A DNA stretch of 64,000 nucleotides from Carcharhinus longimanus (lineage: Eukaryota): the NCBI GenBank assembly GCA_030264375.1, contig JASCQW010000099.1, positions 49,225,740-49,289,739 on the forward strand. Reading direction: 5' to 3'. The translations under genes and the position numbers were made by a program. This document shows, piece by piece, positions 48,625-60,615 of the stretch (within the stretch, counting starts at the first letter, position 1; every line of letters starts with the position of its first letter). The notes under the pieces are model-generated. The model saw only the letters and a program-made list of their open reading frames with translations. It was not told where the DNA came from and did no database searches.

Positions 48625-48763
48625 ATTTATTTGATAGTATCAAATATTTATTTGATAGTATCATTTATTTGATACTATCAAATAAATCGGTTGGACTAAA
48701 ACCTGGTGTTGTCAGACTTTTTACTGTGTTTACCCCAGTCCAATGCCGGCACTTCCACATCAT
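48625..48763 (+). mobile_element. Truncated Penelope-end (family 1) with fold-back junction repeats
   Basis: caaataaatcggttggactaaaacctggtgttgtcagact...ccccagtccaatgccggcacttccacatca, preceded by inverted 18-mer copies. Confidence 0.8.
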
Positions 48764-48780
48764 CACCTTTCCTCTGATCA

Positions 48781-48873
48781 GCTGGAATTTTACCGGCTCG
48801 CAGAACGGAATTCTCCATTGGCTTTGGGCGGGATTTTACATGCCTCGTCCAAGTGAGATAATAAAATTCCAGC
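48781..48873. mobile_element. Tiny MITE-like element
   Basis: Perfect 12 bp terminal inverted repeats GCTGGAATTTTA (48781-48792) and TAAAATTCCAGC (48862-48873). Confidence 0.55.
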
Positions 48874-49598
48874 CATTGAGTCCAAGGTAGGAAGGCTTGG
48901 TGATGGCCTTCCTACCCAGACTACAACTGAGGTCCTCAAATGGGAGGGATTTCTGCTCTACTGGAGGAAGTCCTGGAATTAAATAGCTCCTGCGGAGATG
49001 GGAAACTCGGCATCAGGATTCTGGCTGCAAATTAGGGACTTAATTTTCTCAGGCTCCCAGAGATCAGGTCAATCTTGGTGATAGGCATCAGGCTACCCTC
49101 CCCCAGCCCCCCTAAACACCGTTATAAATTTCCACACTGTGTTTTTATCTCTTTATCTCCTCTTATTCACAGCTAGAATTGAACCAGAGACTTCATCACA
49201 CTGGGATGAGATATTTATCAATTTTTGATTCTGGCTACCATATTGCCAACAGTGTTTCTGAAAGAAGACGTCAACGATCATTCATTTATATTTTAGCCAC
49301 TTGTTTCCAGATTTTTAATTAAACAATAGATGGTTTTTAAATGCAAAATATAAAAGTATTATTAATTTTTTTCCAAAACTTATTGGGGACTAGTGTTTTT
49401 TTAAAAGTCTTGAAACAGAGACACTGCAATCAATGAATATATGTGACATGGAAATGTCTTTCCCCTTGTCCTCTCTGGTTCAGGGTGCAGCAGGGACAGT
49501 GGACAGTGGTAGTTTTTCAATAACCTTCATTTACTTTTCTCTAGTGGTTCTCCTGGCAGCAGAAGGATCTTGGCAAGAGCATAGATTCATAGAACTGA

Positions 49599-49866
49599 TT
49601 CAGTATTTCTAGTATTTTCTGTTTTGATTTCATATTCACTCTGCTAGATGATATTTCTTTCTTTGAAATAACACATTTAAAAGCTAATAGAATCCTGTCA
49701 ATTCCTTGCTACAAATGATTACTTCTGTTTTCTTTGTGCCATGAGTAATTTATCTATTATCATCATTGTGGGTCTGAGATGGGGCTGTCCATGGTTTGGA
49801 TTTATAGAAACTGCTGGAGGCAAGGCTGCCAGTAAACTTTTATTGAACATCCTATTAACTATGTAC
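49599..49866 (+). repeat. Direct duplicate of ~50595-50841
   Basis: Shared blocks ctacaaatgattacttctg, atcatcattgtgggtctgagatg, ggatttatagaaactgctggaggcaaggctg, tttattgaacatcctattaactatgtaca. Confidence 0.9.
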
Positions 49867-50024
49867 AGTGTAGAAGAGGCCATTTGGCCCAGCGAGTCTG
49901 CAGAAACTCTTTGATAGAGTATCTTGACAAGGCTCTCTCTCTTGCCCTATCCCCATGACCCCACACATCTACTATGGCTAATCCACTGAACCTACATATC
50001 CTTGGATGCACAGCAGGAACATAC

Positions 50025-50352
50025 CAAGGCTCATTGGGCAGCACCTTCCAAACCCAGGACCACCACCATCTAGAAGGATAAGGGCAGCAGTTGCATGGCA
50101 TCAGCATTACCTGCAAGTTCCCCTTCAAGCCACTCACCATCCTGATTTGGAAATACATTGCCGTTCCTTCACAGCCATTCGGTTAATATCCTGGAACTCT
50201 CTCCCTGACAGCATTGTGCTTGTACCTGCATCACAAGGACTGCAGCAATTCAAGAAAGCAGCTCACTACCACATTCTCAAGGATCAATTAGGGATGGGCA
50301 ATCAATCCTGGCTTAGCCACTGATGCCAACATCCCATGAATAAATAAATAAG
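50025..50352 (+). mobile_element. LINE 3' end sharing its tail with the 40395/62292 SINE family
   Basis: cagcaccttccaaaccc...atcctggaactctctccctgacagcattgtg...caattagggatgggcaatcaatcctggcttagcc...catcccatgaataaataaat. Confidence 0.65.
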
Positions 50353-50524
50353 TCATATGTCTGCCAGGCTTATCTTTTATTTTCTTCACTATTTCCATTA
50401 CCACACCTTTAGGTCCCATGAAAACAACCCTTTTCTCATTTGGTGTCACTTCCCTTCTGTCCTATTGTAAACATTCTATTTGTTCTGTTTTATTGTCGCC
50501 CATTTCACCAGCTTGAAACTTCCC

Positions 50525-50630
50525 AGTTCTGACGAAGGGTTGCTGACCTGAAGTGTTCACTCTGTTTATCGTTCCACAGATACTGCCTGACCTATTCAGA
50601 ATTTCCAGTATTTTCTAGTTTTATTTCACA
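50525..50630 (+). mobile_element. Penelope-like end (family 2) with decayed hammerhead core
   Basis: agtt-CTGACGA-agggttgctgacct-GAA-gtgt-t-cact, followed by ctgtttatcgttccacagatactgcctgacctattcagaatttccagtattttc. Confidence 0.6.
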
Positions 50631-51744
50631 TTCACTGTTCTAGGTGATATTTCTTCCCAAGAAATGACACATGTAAAAGCATAAAAGAACCCTGTTAATT
50701 CCTCACTACAAATGATTACTTCTGCTTTCTTTATCATCATTGTGGGTCTGAGATGAGGCTGTCCATGATTTGGATTTATAGAAACTGCTGGAGGCAAGGC
50801 TGTTGGTAAACGTTTATTGAACATCCTATTAACTATGTACAATCAGGCTTAGCATAAAGCTTCACATTTCTGAGCGTACTCTGTTGTCATGTGATCTCAT
50901 TATCACTGATGAGATAGATTATTTATTTACACATTTACCATAAACTCTTTACCCTAGATCTCCCCAAGCCTCTCCCTATTCCCGCCACCCCCCCTGCCCC
51001 GCTCCCCAACCCCACAAAGCCTCTGCCTTCATCTCTGGTTCACAGAGATAAGCATTGCTGTTATTTCATCCCAGATCTGGTTCTTAGCTCTCTCGGAAGT
51101 TGTATAGGACTCGAGTTTTCAAGTTGTCTCTCGAATCGTGTTGAGTGCTGTGTGAATCAGCAGAGACTATTGGTTTTCTGTTCAAGTTGTCTTGCTGATC
51201 ATGTGGGCAGTTAGTCCATTCCATTGATGGTCTTCTTCTTGGAGATATGTGTGAGCATCTGTTTCTTCTCAGAAGATAAGACCGCGGTTTGGCGTTTTTT
51301 CCAGTACTTGGCCTTCACCATTCTGATGATGGATTAAAACTGATTCACCTGCTTCGAGTTCTGGTAAATCACACATTCTATTATATTGATTCTTTGATTT
51401 GCACACTATTCATCCTCCTACTCTCTTTCTCTATGTCCGCTGATTTGAGACATAAGTGTGTGGAAGAACAGGAAGTTAAGTCCATAATCATCTTCCTGTC
51501 AGAAGTTCTGATAGATCCAAACAATTCTGAAGTGGTGTAGAACAGGAGCTAACCAATGCCAAGTTGATATTGTCATTTCTGTTTAACAAATCTTTTACAG
51601 TTGTTCCCCCTTTCTTGACTTCTCAATTGATGCAATATCCCCTCATTTTAATACATACTTCTTCTGATTTTTGTGCTTTTTGAACCTCATTTAGCCTCTA
51701 GTGTTGTTGCTGTTTGTAATGTTGTGGTTAATAAGGAACATGAC

Positions 51745-52061
51745 TCATAGAATCATTACAGCGCAGAAGGAGGCCATTCAGCCCATTGAGTCTGCACCAA
51801 GCACAATCCCACCCAGGCCCTAATCCCCTAACCCTGTGTATTTATCTTAGCTAGTCCCCCTGACACTAAGGGGCAATTTAGCATTGCCAAACCATCTAAC
51901 ACACACATCTTTGGACTTTGGGAGGAAACTGGAGTACCTGGAGGAAACCCACGCAGACACGGGGAGAATGTGCAGACTCCGCACAGACAGTCACCCAAGC
52001 TGGGAATCGAATCCAGGTCCCTGCTGCTATGAGACAGCAGTGCTAACCACAGTGCTACCCT
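51745..52061 (-). mobile_element. HE1 V-SINE, tail type A, nested in the LTR element
   Basis: catagaatcattacagcgcagaaggaggccattcagccc...cagtgctaaccacagtgctaccct. Confidence 0.9.
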
Positions 52062-53702
52062 GGAGTAAGGACTCGGCATCTTCAACAAAATGTATGTCCC
52101 CCTGTTCAGGCTTTCCAACAGGAATGTGTGACAACGCATCATCTGTTGTTCATCCATCCACTTCTTGCTCGACACAACTTATTCTTCCTGGTGATGCTCC
52201 TGTGGTTTCGTCACCTGCTGCTCACAGTAAAATTCTGGCTGGCTTTCTCGACGTTTTTTGTATGCTTCTATTAGCTTTTGGTGCTCTTGCTTCAGGGTGC
52301 CCATTTCTGTCTTTTCAATACCTCTAAATGATTCTGGAAATTCTGGCTTGAATTCTGTCAGATTTTCTTGGCTGCTCAATTCATCTACTTCAAGAATGAG
52401 TTGCAGATCTGTGCAAGCTTTTTAACTTCACAGCGAACGCTCTTGATTTTGGATCACCAGTTTCTTTGATTTCTCTTCCTTTGTGTGAAGCTTAGCGATC
52501 AATCGCCCCTTGACTTTCAGTTGAATGCTTCAATGGAGTCATATGGTCGATGGCGGGAGATGGTCTTGCTTTAGCCACTATTCTGTATCTGAAAGAATGT
52601 AAACTTCTTTCATGTCCATTTTATGTCCTTTGACCACAATATCTGTGCTCCAATAGTTCCTCTTGATTCTGCAATTTCTCCTGAGAATGATGCTTCATTA
52701 TCTTTTTGTCTTCAACTTCTTGAATGTTCCTTTAATTTCTGTGCAATGAGCTTCTTGCTACGCATAGATTTAAAATGTCCTCTCCTCTTACACAAATGGT
52801 AGTCTGCATTTTTGACAGGGCATGCTTCATGTCAATACAGCCCTTTTTCGCCGCAGCTAGAGTAATGAGTAATGGTAGCTATCATATCCACTTCAATCTC
52901 TCCCTGTTTTGGATTAGGAACACTGCTACTTCTGTGTCCTCCAAACTGTGCTGTGTCAGCTATTGTTCTCCATGAGATCTCCTTTCCATTTCCAATAAAT
53001 ATCTGATTTTGCTTTCTCACTTCTGTGTGCCTTGTTAACTGCACAGCCTTTGAGGCAATCTTCCTTTGACTGTGGAAAATCTGATAATGTCTTCCCAAGA
53101 CTCCTATAACAATGCAATGCCAAATTAACTCATCTTCAGAGTTCCATACTCAAAAATTTAATGGAATAAATGAAGGAATCAGTTGCTGTCTCCCTGTCTC
53201 TGGGTACTTCTTTTGAACTTTGCCCTTTCTCTGTGGTGTTCCTTTTAAGACTGAAATAGGTATCAAAGTCCTTAATCACACTTTATATGTCACAGTCTCT
53301 TAGTTTACATCTGCCTGGTCATTATATCATCTGAACTACTGCCTATGGTGTATAGAGGGGTACTGACCTGTTCTGTACAAGTCTTCTCTGCTAGTCCTGA
53401 TGCTGTTTTGCATCTGGCAAACCTGTGACACTAATTCTGCCTCTTCTTGGCTTGATCTGGTCCTTCCAAGTAGTCAAAGCACTCTAGTAAAGGTAGGATT
53501 TTCTCCATGGCTTTGCTTTTCTCTAGCCCTTCTTCAAATTATGTTTTTGATTTTCCTGTGCTGTTTTTGTCCTGCAGTCATTTCTCTTGTAGCTTCTTCT
53601 GGTCACTGGACTCTTGGTGCTTTTTCCATTACCTTTTCCACTTTATCACATAACACCATATGTTATCCACTATTGCCGGTCTTGTGTGAGGCTATCTGTA
53701 TT

Positions 53703-53924
53703 TAGAATCATAGAATCATAGAAACCCTACAGTGCAGAAAGAGGCCATCCAGCCCATCGAGTCTGCACCTACCACAATCTCATCCAGGCCCGACTCCCAT
53801 ATCCCTACACTTTTACCTGCTAATCCCTCTAATTTATGCATCTCAGGACACTAAAGGGCAATTTTAGCATGGCCAATCGACCTAACCCGTACATTTTTGG
53901 ACTGTGGAAGGAAACCGGAGCACC
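53703..53924 (-). mobile_element. 5'-truncated HE1 V-SINE inside the LTR
   Basis: tagaatcatagaatcatagaaaccctacagtgcagaaagaggcc...ggaaaccggagcacc. Confidence 0.9.
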
Positions 53925-56061
53925 TGCAATATCCATAAATCCATGATCTGGATTTATGGATATTGCAGGAGCCCAGTCTGTTGGTAAACTTTACTTTTTA
54001 TTAAACATTCTACTGACTATATAAACACAAGGCTTAGCATGAGGCTCCACATAGGACTATCTCTCAGTATACTCTGTTGTATTATGATCTTACATCACTG
54101 ATGATGGCGTCTACTTATTTACATATTTGGCATTAGCGCTTTTTGCTACTCTTGAAAGACTAACAAATGTAATTATAATACATTGAAGATGGGATAAGAC
54201 ATCGCAAAAGGGTATAGCCAAAGTAAAAGGCAGCTACTTCAGCAAGTCAATAACCTGAATTTTCCAGCCCCATTGGGACAGGACCCATCACGGGGTATTC
54301 GGTAGCCCAGCCAGAAGTCCATTGACCTTTGGCAGGATTGGGAACTCAGTGGAGCCAGAAAATCCCATCCAACAACAGAACAAAATTATCTGGTTGATAG
54401 AAAGAATGATAGCCAGAAATGTGAATCCAGATCGCAGATGCATATGGCAGACATATGGAATAGGATCTTGGATACAGTCAGTTACTACCAGGCTATCAAA
54501 GTGCAGAAATGGCAAAGTATTTAAGATTATGATGGGTTGAGAGAACTAGAGAGGCAGAGTTGATTATCATCAACATACACATGGTAAGCCGAGCCTTTTA
54601 TGTGGATAAAGTCACAATGGAATAGTATAGAAATGAAGGCACAAGAGGAAAAGGCCTGATCCTTGCAAAATTCCAGAAGTGGTAGTGCAGGGTAGAAAAG
54701 AAGCCATTGTCGGAGTTACGCCAGTTGCAATGAAAGCTATTACTGTTGCTGCCTGAAGAATCACATGCCTTACTTCTTTTCATGTACTTAAGTGTGGGAA
54801 ACATTTTCAAACCCCCTGAAGATTCATTCAAAGATTTCAAAAATATCACCCAGGTTCTTTCATTTGCTTATAAAATGATTTTCTCACAGTAGCTGGTTAT
54901 GTGTCAGTGCAACTTGCAAAGCCAACCGCACTCAGGAAGTTAAGCAAAACAAAAAGAAAAAATGGAGAGAAGACCTTGAGGGACTAAAGGGTAGTGCTAG
55001 GGAGTACATTAATCCTGGCAGAAGTGGAAATGATTATTGGATTGAAGGTAGTTAACCTGTTTAGGCAGAAAGCATCCAGTGCAACTTTGATGAAAGACTA
55101 ACTATTTCACTGCATAACATTACAATAACAATGAATGTAAAATGCAAAAAGCAAAACTCCTTGCGGAATAAATTCTATCCACTTTATAAAGATTCTGAGA
55201 GGATACTCATGCACAGTTCACTCTTGCTAAAAACATCACAGTGGTTTAATGCTAAGGATTAAACCTGGAGAAAGGAGATTTAATCAAAGTAGCTTAATCC
55301 AAATGTGCAGGTCATAGAGGGAAAAAAAGTGACATAAATTGAAAGAATTTCCCAAAGTACATTGAATGTAAATGTAACATAACTCATTCAAGCATTCAGT
55401 CAATTTCACTACATTCTGGCTGTTTACCATCTCTTTCCTGCGGAGAAGACAAGCTATGGTTGCTGAAAGCTGCATTGGATTAAAGGGAAAATGGAGAAAG
55501 CAGTGATTTCGTTTTACAGGCTTCCAGCAGTCTTTATCAACCTTCTGTTTCAGTTGTCTTCTTGAAGTTTTATTTTTAACTCATAGACAACCACGTTGCT
55601 AATACCACAAAGCCAACTGTGGTTTCAGTACAGTTTTTAAAATGGAAGAAATTGCACACAGCAAGATCTGACCACTCAGGTTTCTGGGCAGCGTCCTAGA
55701 CAATGTTCAACCATTTTATCAACACAGAACAATATAACTGTCTCCAAATACCCAACAATAGCCTGTTCTTAGAATCTTAATGCTCTCCTTTTATTTTGTT
55801 CTCTTAGTACAGGTAAGAATCTATGTATTACTTTGTGAGTGAAGTCTACAAGCTAAGGGTCATGTCAGAACTGACTTAAATGGGCCTTTCATGATTACGA
55901 TCTTAACTTTGCCCAATTTAGTTTTTGTGCAGGTTAGTTGGCCCTATTACAGCTTGTTTCTGTGCCTTGAACAAGATGCATGGATCAGCCACAATGGGAG
56001 AAGGCAAATCAGTAATAGGATGTACTGTAAATCTTAGAAAAATTTCAAAATTATACTCAGC

Positions 56062-56250
56062 GGAAATTTAGCATGGCCAGTCCACCTAGCCTGATATCTT
56101 TGGGCGGTGGGAGGAAACTGGAGCACCCCGAGGAAACCCACGCAGACAGAGGGAGAACATGCAAACTCTACATGGTCACCCACGACTAGAATCGAACCCG
56201 AGTCCCTGGTGCTGTAGTGCAGCATTGCTAACCACTGTGTCACCGTGCCA
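56062..56250 (-). mobile_element. HE1 V-SINE head and V-domain
   Basis: aatttagcatggccagtccacctagcctg...gctaaccactgtgtcaccgtgcc. Confidence 0.85.
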
Positions 56251-56279
56251 CTCATAGGAATGACAAGCTCTGTCACTGC

Positions 56280-59200
56280 AGGTTAACTTTGTTGAATTGG
56301 AGTTTCTTCTGGCACCTGAATGTCTTTTCATCCTCATTTCCCATTTTTTAGCACTGACTCATTCTTTGTTGATTCTCCAGTTGTAGTGGTGCATGGTGGT
56401 TAGTTCATTCTGCTCTTCACTGGGCTGACAAATTCTAGACACATTCCTACAGTGTTCTTTCTCCTCTTCCTTTCTGCGGCTCACCATGCTGAGAGAAAGA
56501 TGCTTCTTCCTGTTGTGGGGGTATAATTGTGGTAGTAGCTCACTTTTCTGTTTGGCTTTATGATGTGTTGCCATTAATGGAAAGATGCTATTCAGTTCCA
56601 GTACCCTTGGTGGCACTGTCATGCTGCCTGGGATTTGTAGCATTTGTCTGTAGTCTCAGGGTTCATCAATCCAATTGGCATGGGACCTCTCCTCATTGCT
56701 GGTTCTATTTTTGGCTGTCATCTATTTGAGGTGTCATGGTAACCATCTGAGTGGTTAGCTGGTCTGACCAATGAGGGGCTTCAGGCACATGTAACAAAAG
56801 TGGACAAATCTATTTTGCATTGGAGAGAAGACAGTTTGGAGCTGAAATCCCAGTCAAAAGAATCTTCCTTGTTGGAACACTGGAAACTTGCAGTTCTGTA
56901 TAATTTACAACAATGGTCTTGACATCTTCTGTCCTTTGAGGAGAGTCAGGGATACACAGACTACATCATCTTGATAATTTGTTTTTCTGCCATACTTAAT
57001 GGTTCAAGAATTATGCCTATGATTTAGTGTTCCATTGTGTGTCTGTTATTCATAGACGAAGGTCTCTCAATCACACTCCGATAGGATCATAACATTGGCT
57101 TCTGTGTCCAATTTGTGAGATGGCCATTAACTGAGATGTCCACATTCCAGAATGAAAATCTGGAATCTTTGTCCTCACGCAAAGAAGCAAGGTTGTGTAT
57201 CCTCTCAGTGTGCAACCTCAACTGTGTGAATCTTCTTGGGATCTTCCATGTGCTTTGATGTTTTGGCTTCACACAGCTCCCTGAAGTGTCTTGTTCAGTT
57301 ACATTGAAAGCATTTTACTGAAATTGTCAGACATTGATCATGCTTTGCTCCACAGTGCTGGCATAATCACTCTACAGCTTAGTTGGGGTACTGATTCCTA
57401 TAGCCTGAAGTGTCCCTATTTCTTTGCTGTTCAACTAACAGGACAGTAGGCTTTACTTTGTACCACAGTTTGCCTTCTCCACTTAATATGGATCCATGCT
57501 GCAAGTGGATTTCAGCTTGCCTGACCATCTAGGTGGCCTTCTCAACAGGTTAGATTTACCTTCACTTGAAGCATGTCTGAGAGTGTGGTGTTCACCATTC
57601 CCACGATTATTCTATCCCTGATTAGCTCAGATTTCAGGTCACTTTATTTACAGCCTTTAGCCATTCTGTAAAGCTCATTAATGAAGGAACTGACAGTTTG
57701 TCCTGGCTGCTGGGTATATTTATTAACTTTAGCCCTTTCAAGCATTTTGTTATTTCTGAATTTAATATAAGCATTGGATAATTTCAAGTCATCAAATTTA
57801 GCAGATAATTCATTGATTCCTTGCCTAACTATTACATTATTAGCTAATGGACTGACTGAATAAAGCAGTATGTTAACTTATTCAGCTTCTGCCTTTTTAT
57901 CCAGACTGGAAGCAATTATGTGTCTAGGGAATCTCCAGATTCCCCAGTTTTGTAGTTGAGTCTTCAATAAGTCCAAATTGACCTGGAAGCACGGATTTCT
58001 GATCCATGGTTAAAATTTTTGAATTCTGGGTTTAGCTTTCATAGAATCATTGAATCCCTACAGTGCAGAAGGAGGCCAATCAGCTCATCAAGCCTGCACC
58101 ATCAACAATTGCATCCAAGCCCCATCCCTGTAACCCCATGTATTTACCCTGTTAATCCTCCTTTTTGATTTGATTTATTATTGTCACATGTATTAGTAGA
58201 CAGTGAAAAGTACTGTTTCTTGCAGGATTTATAGACAAAACATACCGTTCATAGAGAAGGAAAGGAAAGAGTGCAGAGTGTAGTGTTACAATCATGGCTG
58301 TGGTGCAGAGAAAGATCAACTTAATGTGAGGTAGGTCCATACAAAAGTCTGAAGGCAGCGGGGAAGAAACGGTTTTTGAGTTGGTTGGTAAGTGACCTCA
58401 GACTTTTGTATCTTTCTTCTGACAAGAGAAGGTGGAAGACAGAATGCCCGGGGTGTGCGGAGTTCTTAATTATGCGGGCTGCTTTTTGTGCTGACACTAA
58501 GGGTCAATTTAGCATGGCTAATCAACCTAACCTACACATCTTTGGACTGTGGGAGGAAACCCATGCAGACACGGGGAGAATGTGCAAACTCCACAAGTCA
58601 TTCAAGACTGGAATTGAATCCAAGTCCCTGGCGCTGTAAGGTAGCAGTGCTAAGCATTGTACCATTGTGGCACCCCTTTAAGAGATTTCTGAAGCTCCAA
58701 AATAAATGGTGCCGCCACATGCTCCTCCACAAAGGCTTTCCCCATGCTTGTCAGTTTTGGCTTGGCAGCCTGCTAGAATAAAGGCAATCATAGTCTCAGT
58801 GTTTAAAATGTTTCAACAAAGACTGCCTGGATTGTTTGGCATTCCCTGCTTGAGTGTGATATCCTTGGGTCTTTGAAGTTTCGAATCCTGGCTTTTACTG
58901 TGTTTTTAAAGCTACCTACTCAGTCTTTATTAATTTTTGATTAATTATTCATTTTTTCTTCACTCTCAGTGAGCTACGTGTTCAAGTGCTGACTCAGAGA
59001 TTGTCTTTTTCAGTCTGAGTTTCAACTTTTTGACTACTGGAGTAATACTTGTTTCCAGAACTTGTATTGTCCAGGAATTTAATTATTTTTAGCTTACCCC
59101 TGTTAGATCTGTTGACCCTGTACATTCTGGCTATTGAAACCAGTTTGAGTCTTCTGCTGTAGTGAAATCATTTAATTTCTGCCTTCAGCTTCCAAACCTT

Positions 59201-59600
59201 TCTTTTGAACTCTACTCTGGCAATTTCCTTCTGTGACTTCACTTCTTGAGCTTTTCCTCAGGTCAGAGTGTTTCTTTGATCTTTGTTGTCAGTTTTCCAG
59301 GGTCTTAATTTCCATTTGCGTCTTTATAGGGTTTTGAGTCGCTCCATTCACTGCCACCATGCTGTAAACTGCTGGGTGTCATTCTGTGGGTCTTAGTAAG
59401 GTAGTTATGGTCTTAAGTAGTTTGGTGGTAAGTATTTAACTGCTAGAAATTACATATGCTGGTGCAGCGAATACCTAAGCTGCCGCCATCCTTGTTTCTA
59501 CACATGGCTCTATTCATGACACTGTCCCTAGGCGTGGGCTGTGTATTCTCTTACATCACTGTATGGCCTTCATGTGCCGCAGCATTATACTGCAATAGGC
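56280..59600 (-). mobile_element. Second Gypsy-type element remnant (gag, protease, no RT recognised)
   Basis: Minus strand: PBS-like TGGTGGCAGTG at ~59349-59359; gag IASSLDKKAEAE*VNILLYSV..ERAKVNKYTQQPGQTVSSFINELYRMAKGC..LKSELIRDRIIVG at ~57590-57925; protease-like FWNVDISVNGHLT.LDT near 57100-57150. Outer limits uncertain. Confidence 0.7.
58040..58675 (-). mobile_element. HE1 V-SINE split by a Rex1 3' fragment (~58163-58488)
   Basis: SINE tail 58040-58161 resumes at ctgacactaagggtcaatttagc (58491); intervening block is a Rex1 3' end with tttgatttgatttattattgtcac tail. Confidence 0.85.
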
Positions 59601-60139
59601 AACAGCTAAAGATCACCTCAAATTTATTTAAATTCATATCAACACACATTTTTAGATTGAGGTGTGATGGAGCTTTGTTGTCAACACAAAGATATCCAAC
59701 TCATGAAGTCATATTCCTGTGTTTAGCTGGTGAAAGTGAAGCAGTCAGTGGAAAGTGCGATCTGATCTCTAGCTTCGTACGCAATATCTAATGCCTCATT
59801 TTACCGCCTAGGGTTTGAAACCCCTTTCTAACAATAAGAAAGACAATTCCTGCCTTCTCTTCACTAACAACATTTCAGGGATACGTTACTTTGAAAGGTC
59901 GGGGGTTGTGGGGGGGGGGGGGGCGCGATGTTTGGGGGCGATATTTGGTGGCGGTTCTCCCTGCTCTAGCAGTGCAGCAGGCTGGGAGACATAAGCAGAG
60001 GCCGTTTGGCAGGATCTCCGCTCGGCGCCAGGGCCTCTGTGCCTCTCCAGCCACTGGATTTCCGGCACTGTCAGTTCCCCGTGGAGCTGATTTAAATATT
60101 AAGATCGCAATTTAAATATCATTCGCAGCCCTCGGGCTG

Positions 60140-60615
60140 AAGAGGGTGGTGGGTGCCTGGAACGCGCTGCCGGGCAGGTAATGGAAGCAGATACAGTAGT
60201 GACTTTTAAGGGGCGTCTTGACAAATACATGAATAGGATGGGGATAGAGGGATATGGTCCCTGGAAGAGTCGGGGATTTTAGTAATTTGGGGAGCATGGT
60301 CAGTGCAGACAGTGCAGGCCTGTTCCTGTGCTGTAATTTTCTTTGTCCTTTGTCCAGAGGGGCAATTTTTGCACACAGAGGGTGGTGAGTGTCTGGAACA
60401 AGCTGCCAGAGGTAGTAGTAGAGACAGGTACAATTTTGTCTTTTAAAAAGNNNNNNNNNNNNNNNNNNNNNNNNNNNNNNNNNNNNNNNNNNNNNNNNNN
60501 NNNNNNNNNNNNNNNNNNNNNNNNNNNNNNNNNNNNNNNNNNNNNNNNNNTGATCTTTTTGAATGGCAGAGCAGGCTTGAGGAACCACATGGCCTGCTCC
60601 TGCTCAGTTTTTTCA
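60140..60615 (+). mobile_element. Tandem CR1 3' ends
   Basis: RVVGAWNALP and FCTQRVVSVWNKLPEVVVE motifs, each followed by a CR1-type tail. Confidence 0.8.

Larger units (their letters stand above)
50730..54150 (-). mobile_element. Old Gypsy-type LTR element (LTRs ~53661-54150 and ~50730-50958), no RT recognised
   Basis: Diverged direct repeats (tgttggtaaac, aggcttagcat, tactctgttgt, atcactgatga, ttatttaca); PBS-like TGGTGTTA at 53651-53658 and PPT GGGGAGA at 50959-50965 on the - strand; gag-like EYGTL.DELI..IVIGV..KAVQL..EVRKQNQ near 53000-53150. Confidence 0.7.

Noticed and set aside
50958-51020. Candidate exon 2 of the SR gene after ccctag
   Set aside because: Translation (ESPQASPYSRHP..) does not match the expected SPLPVSSRVCFVKF-like continuation; the site is an LTR/PPT boundary.
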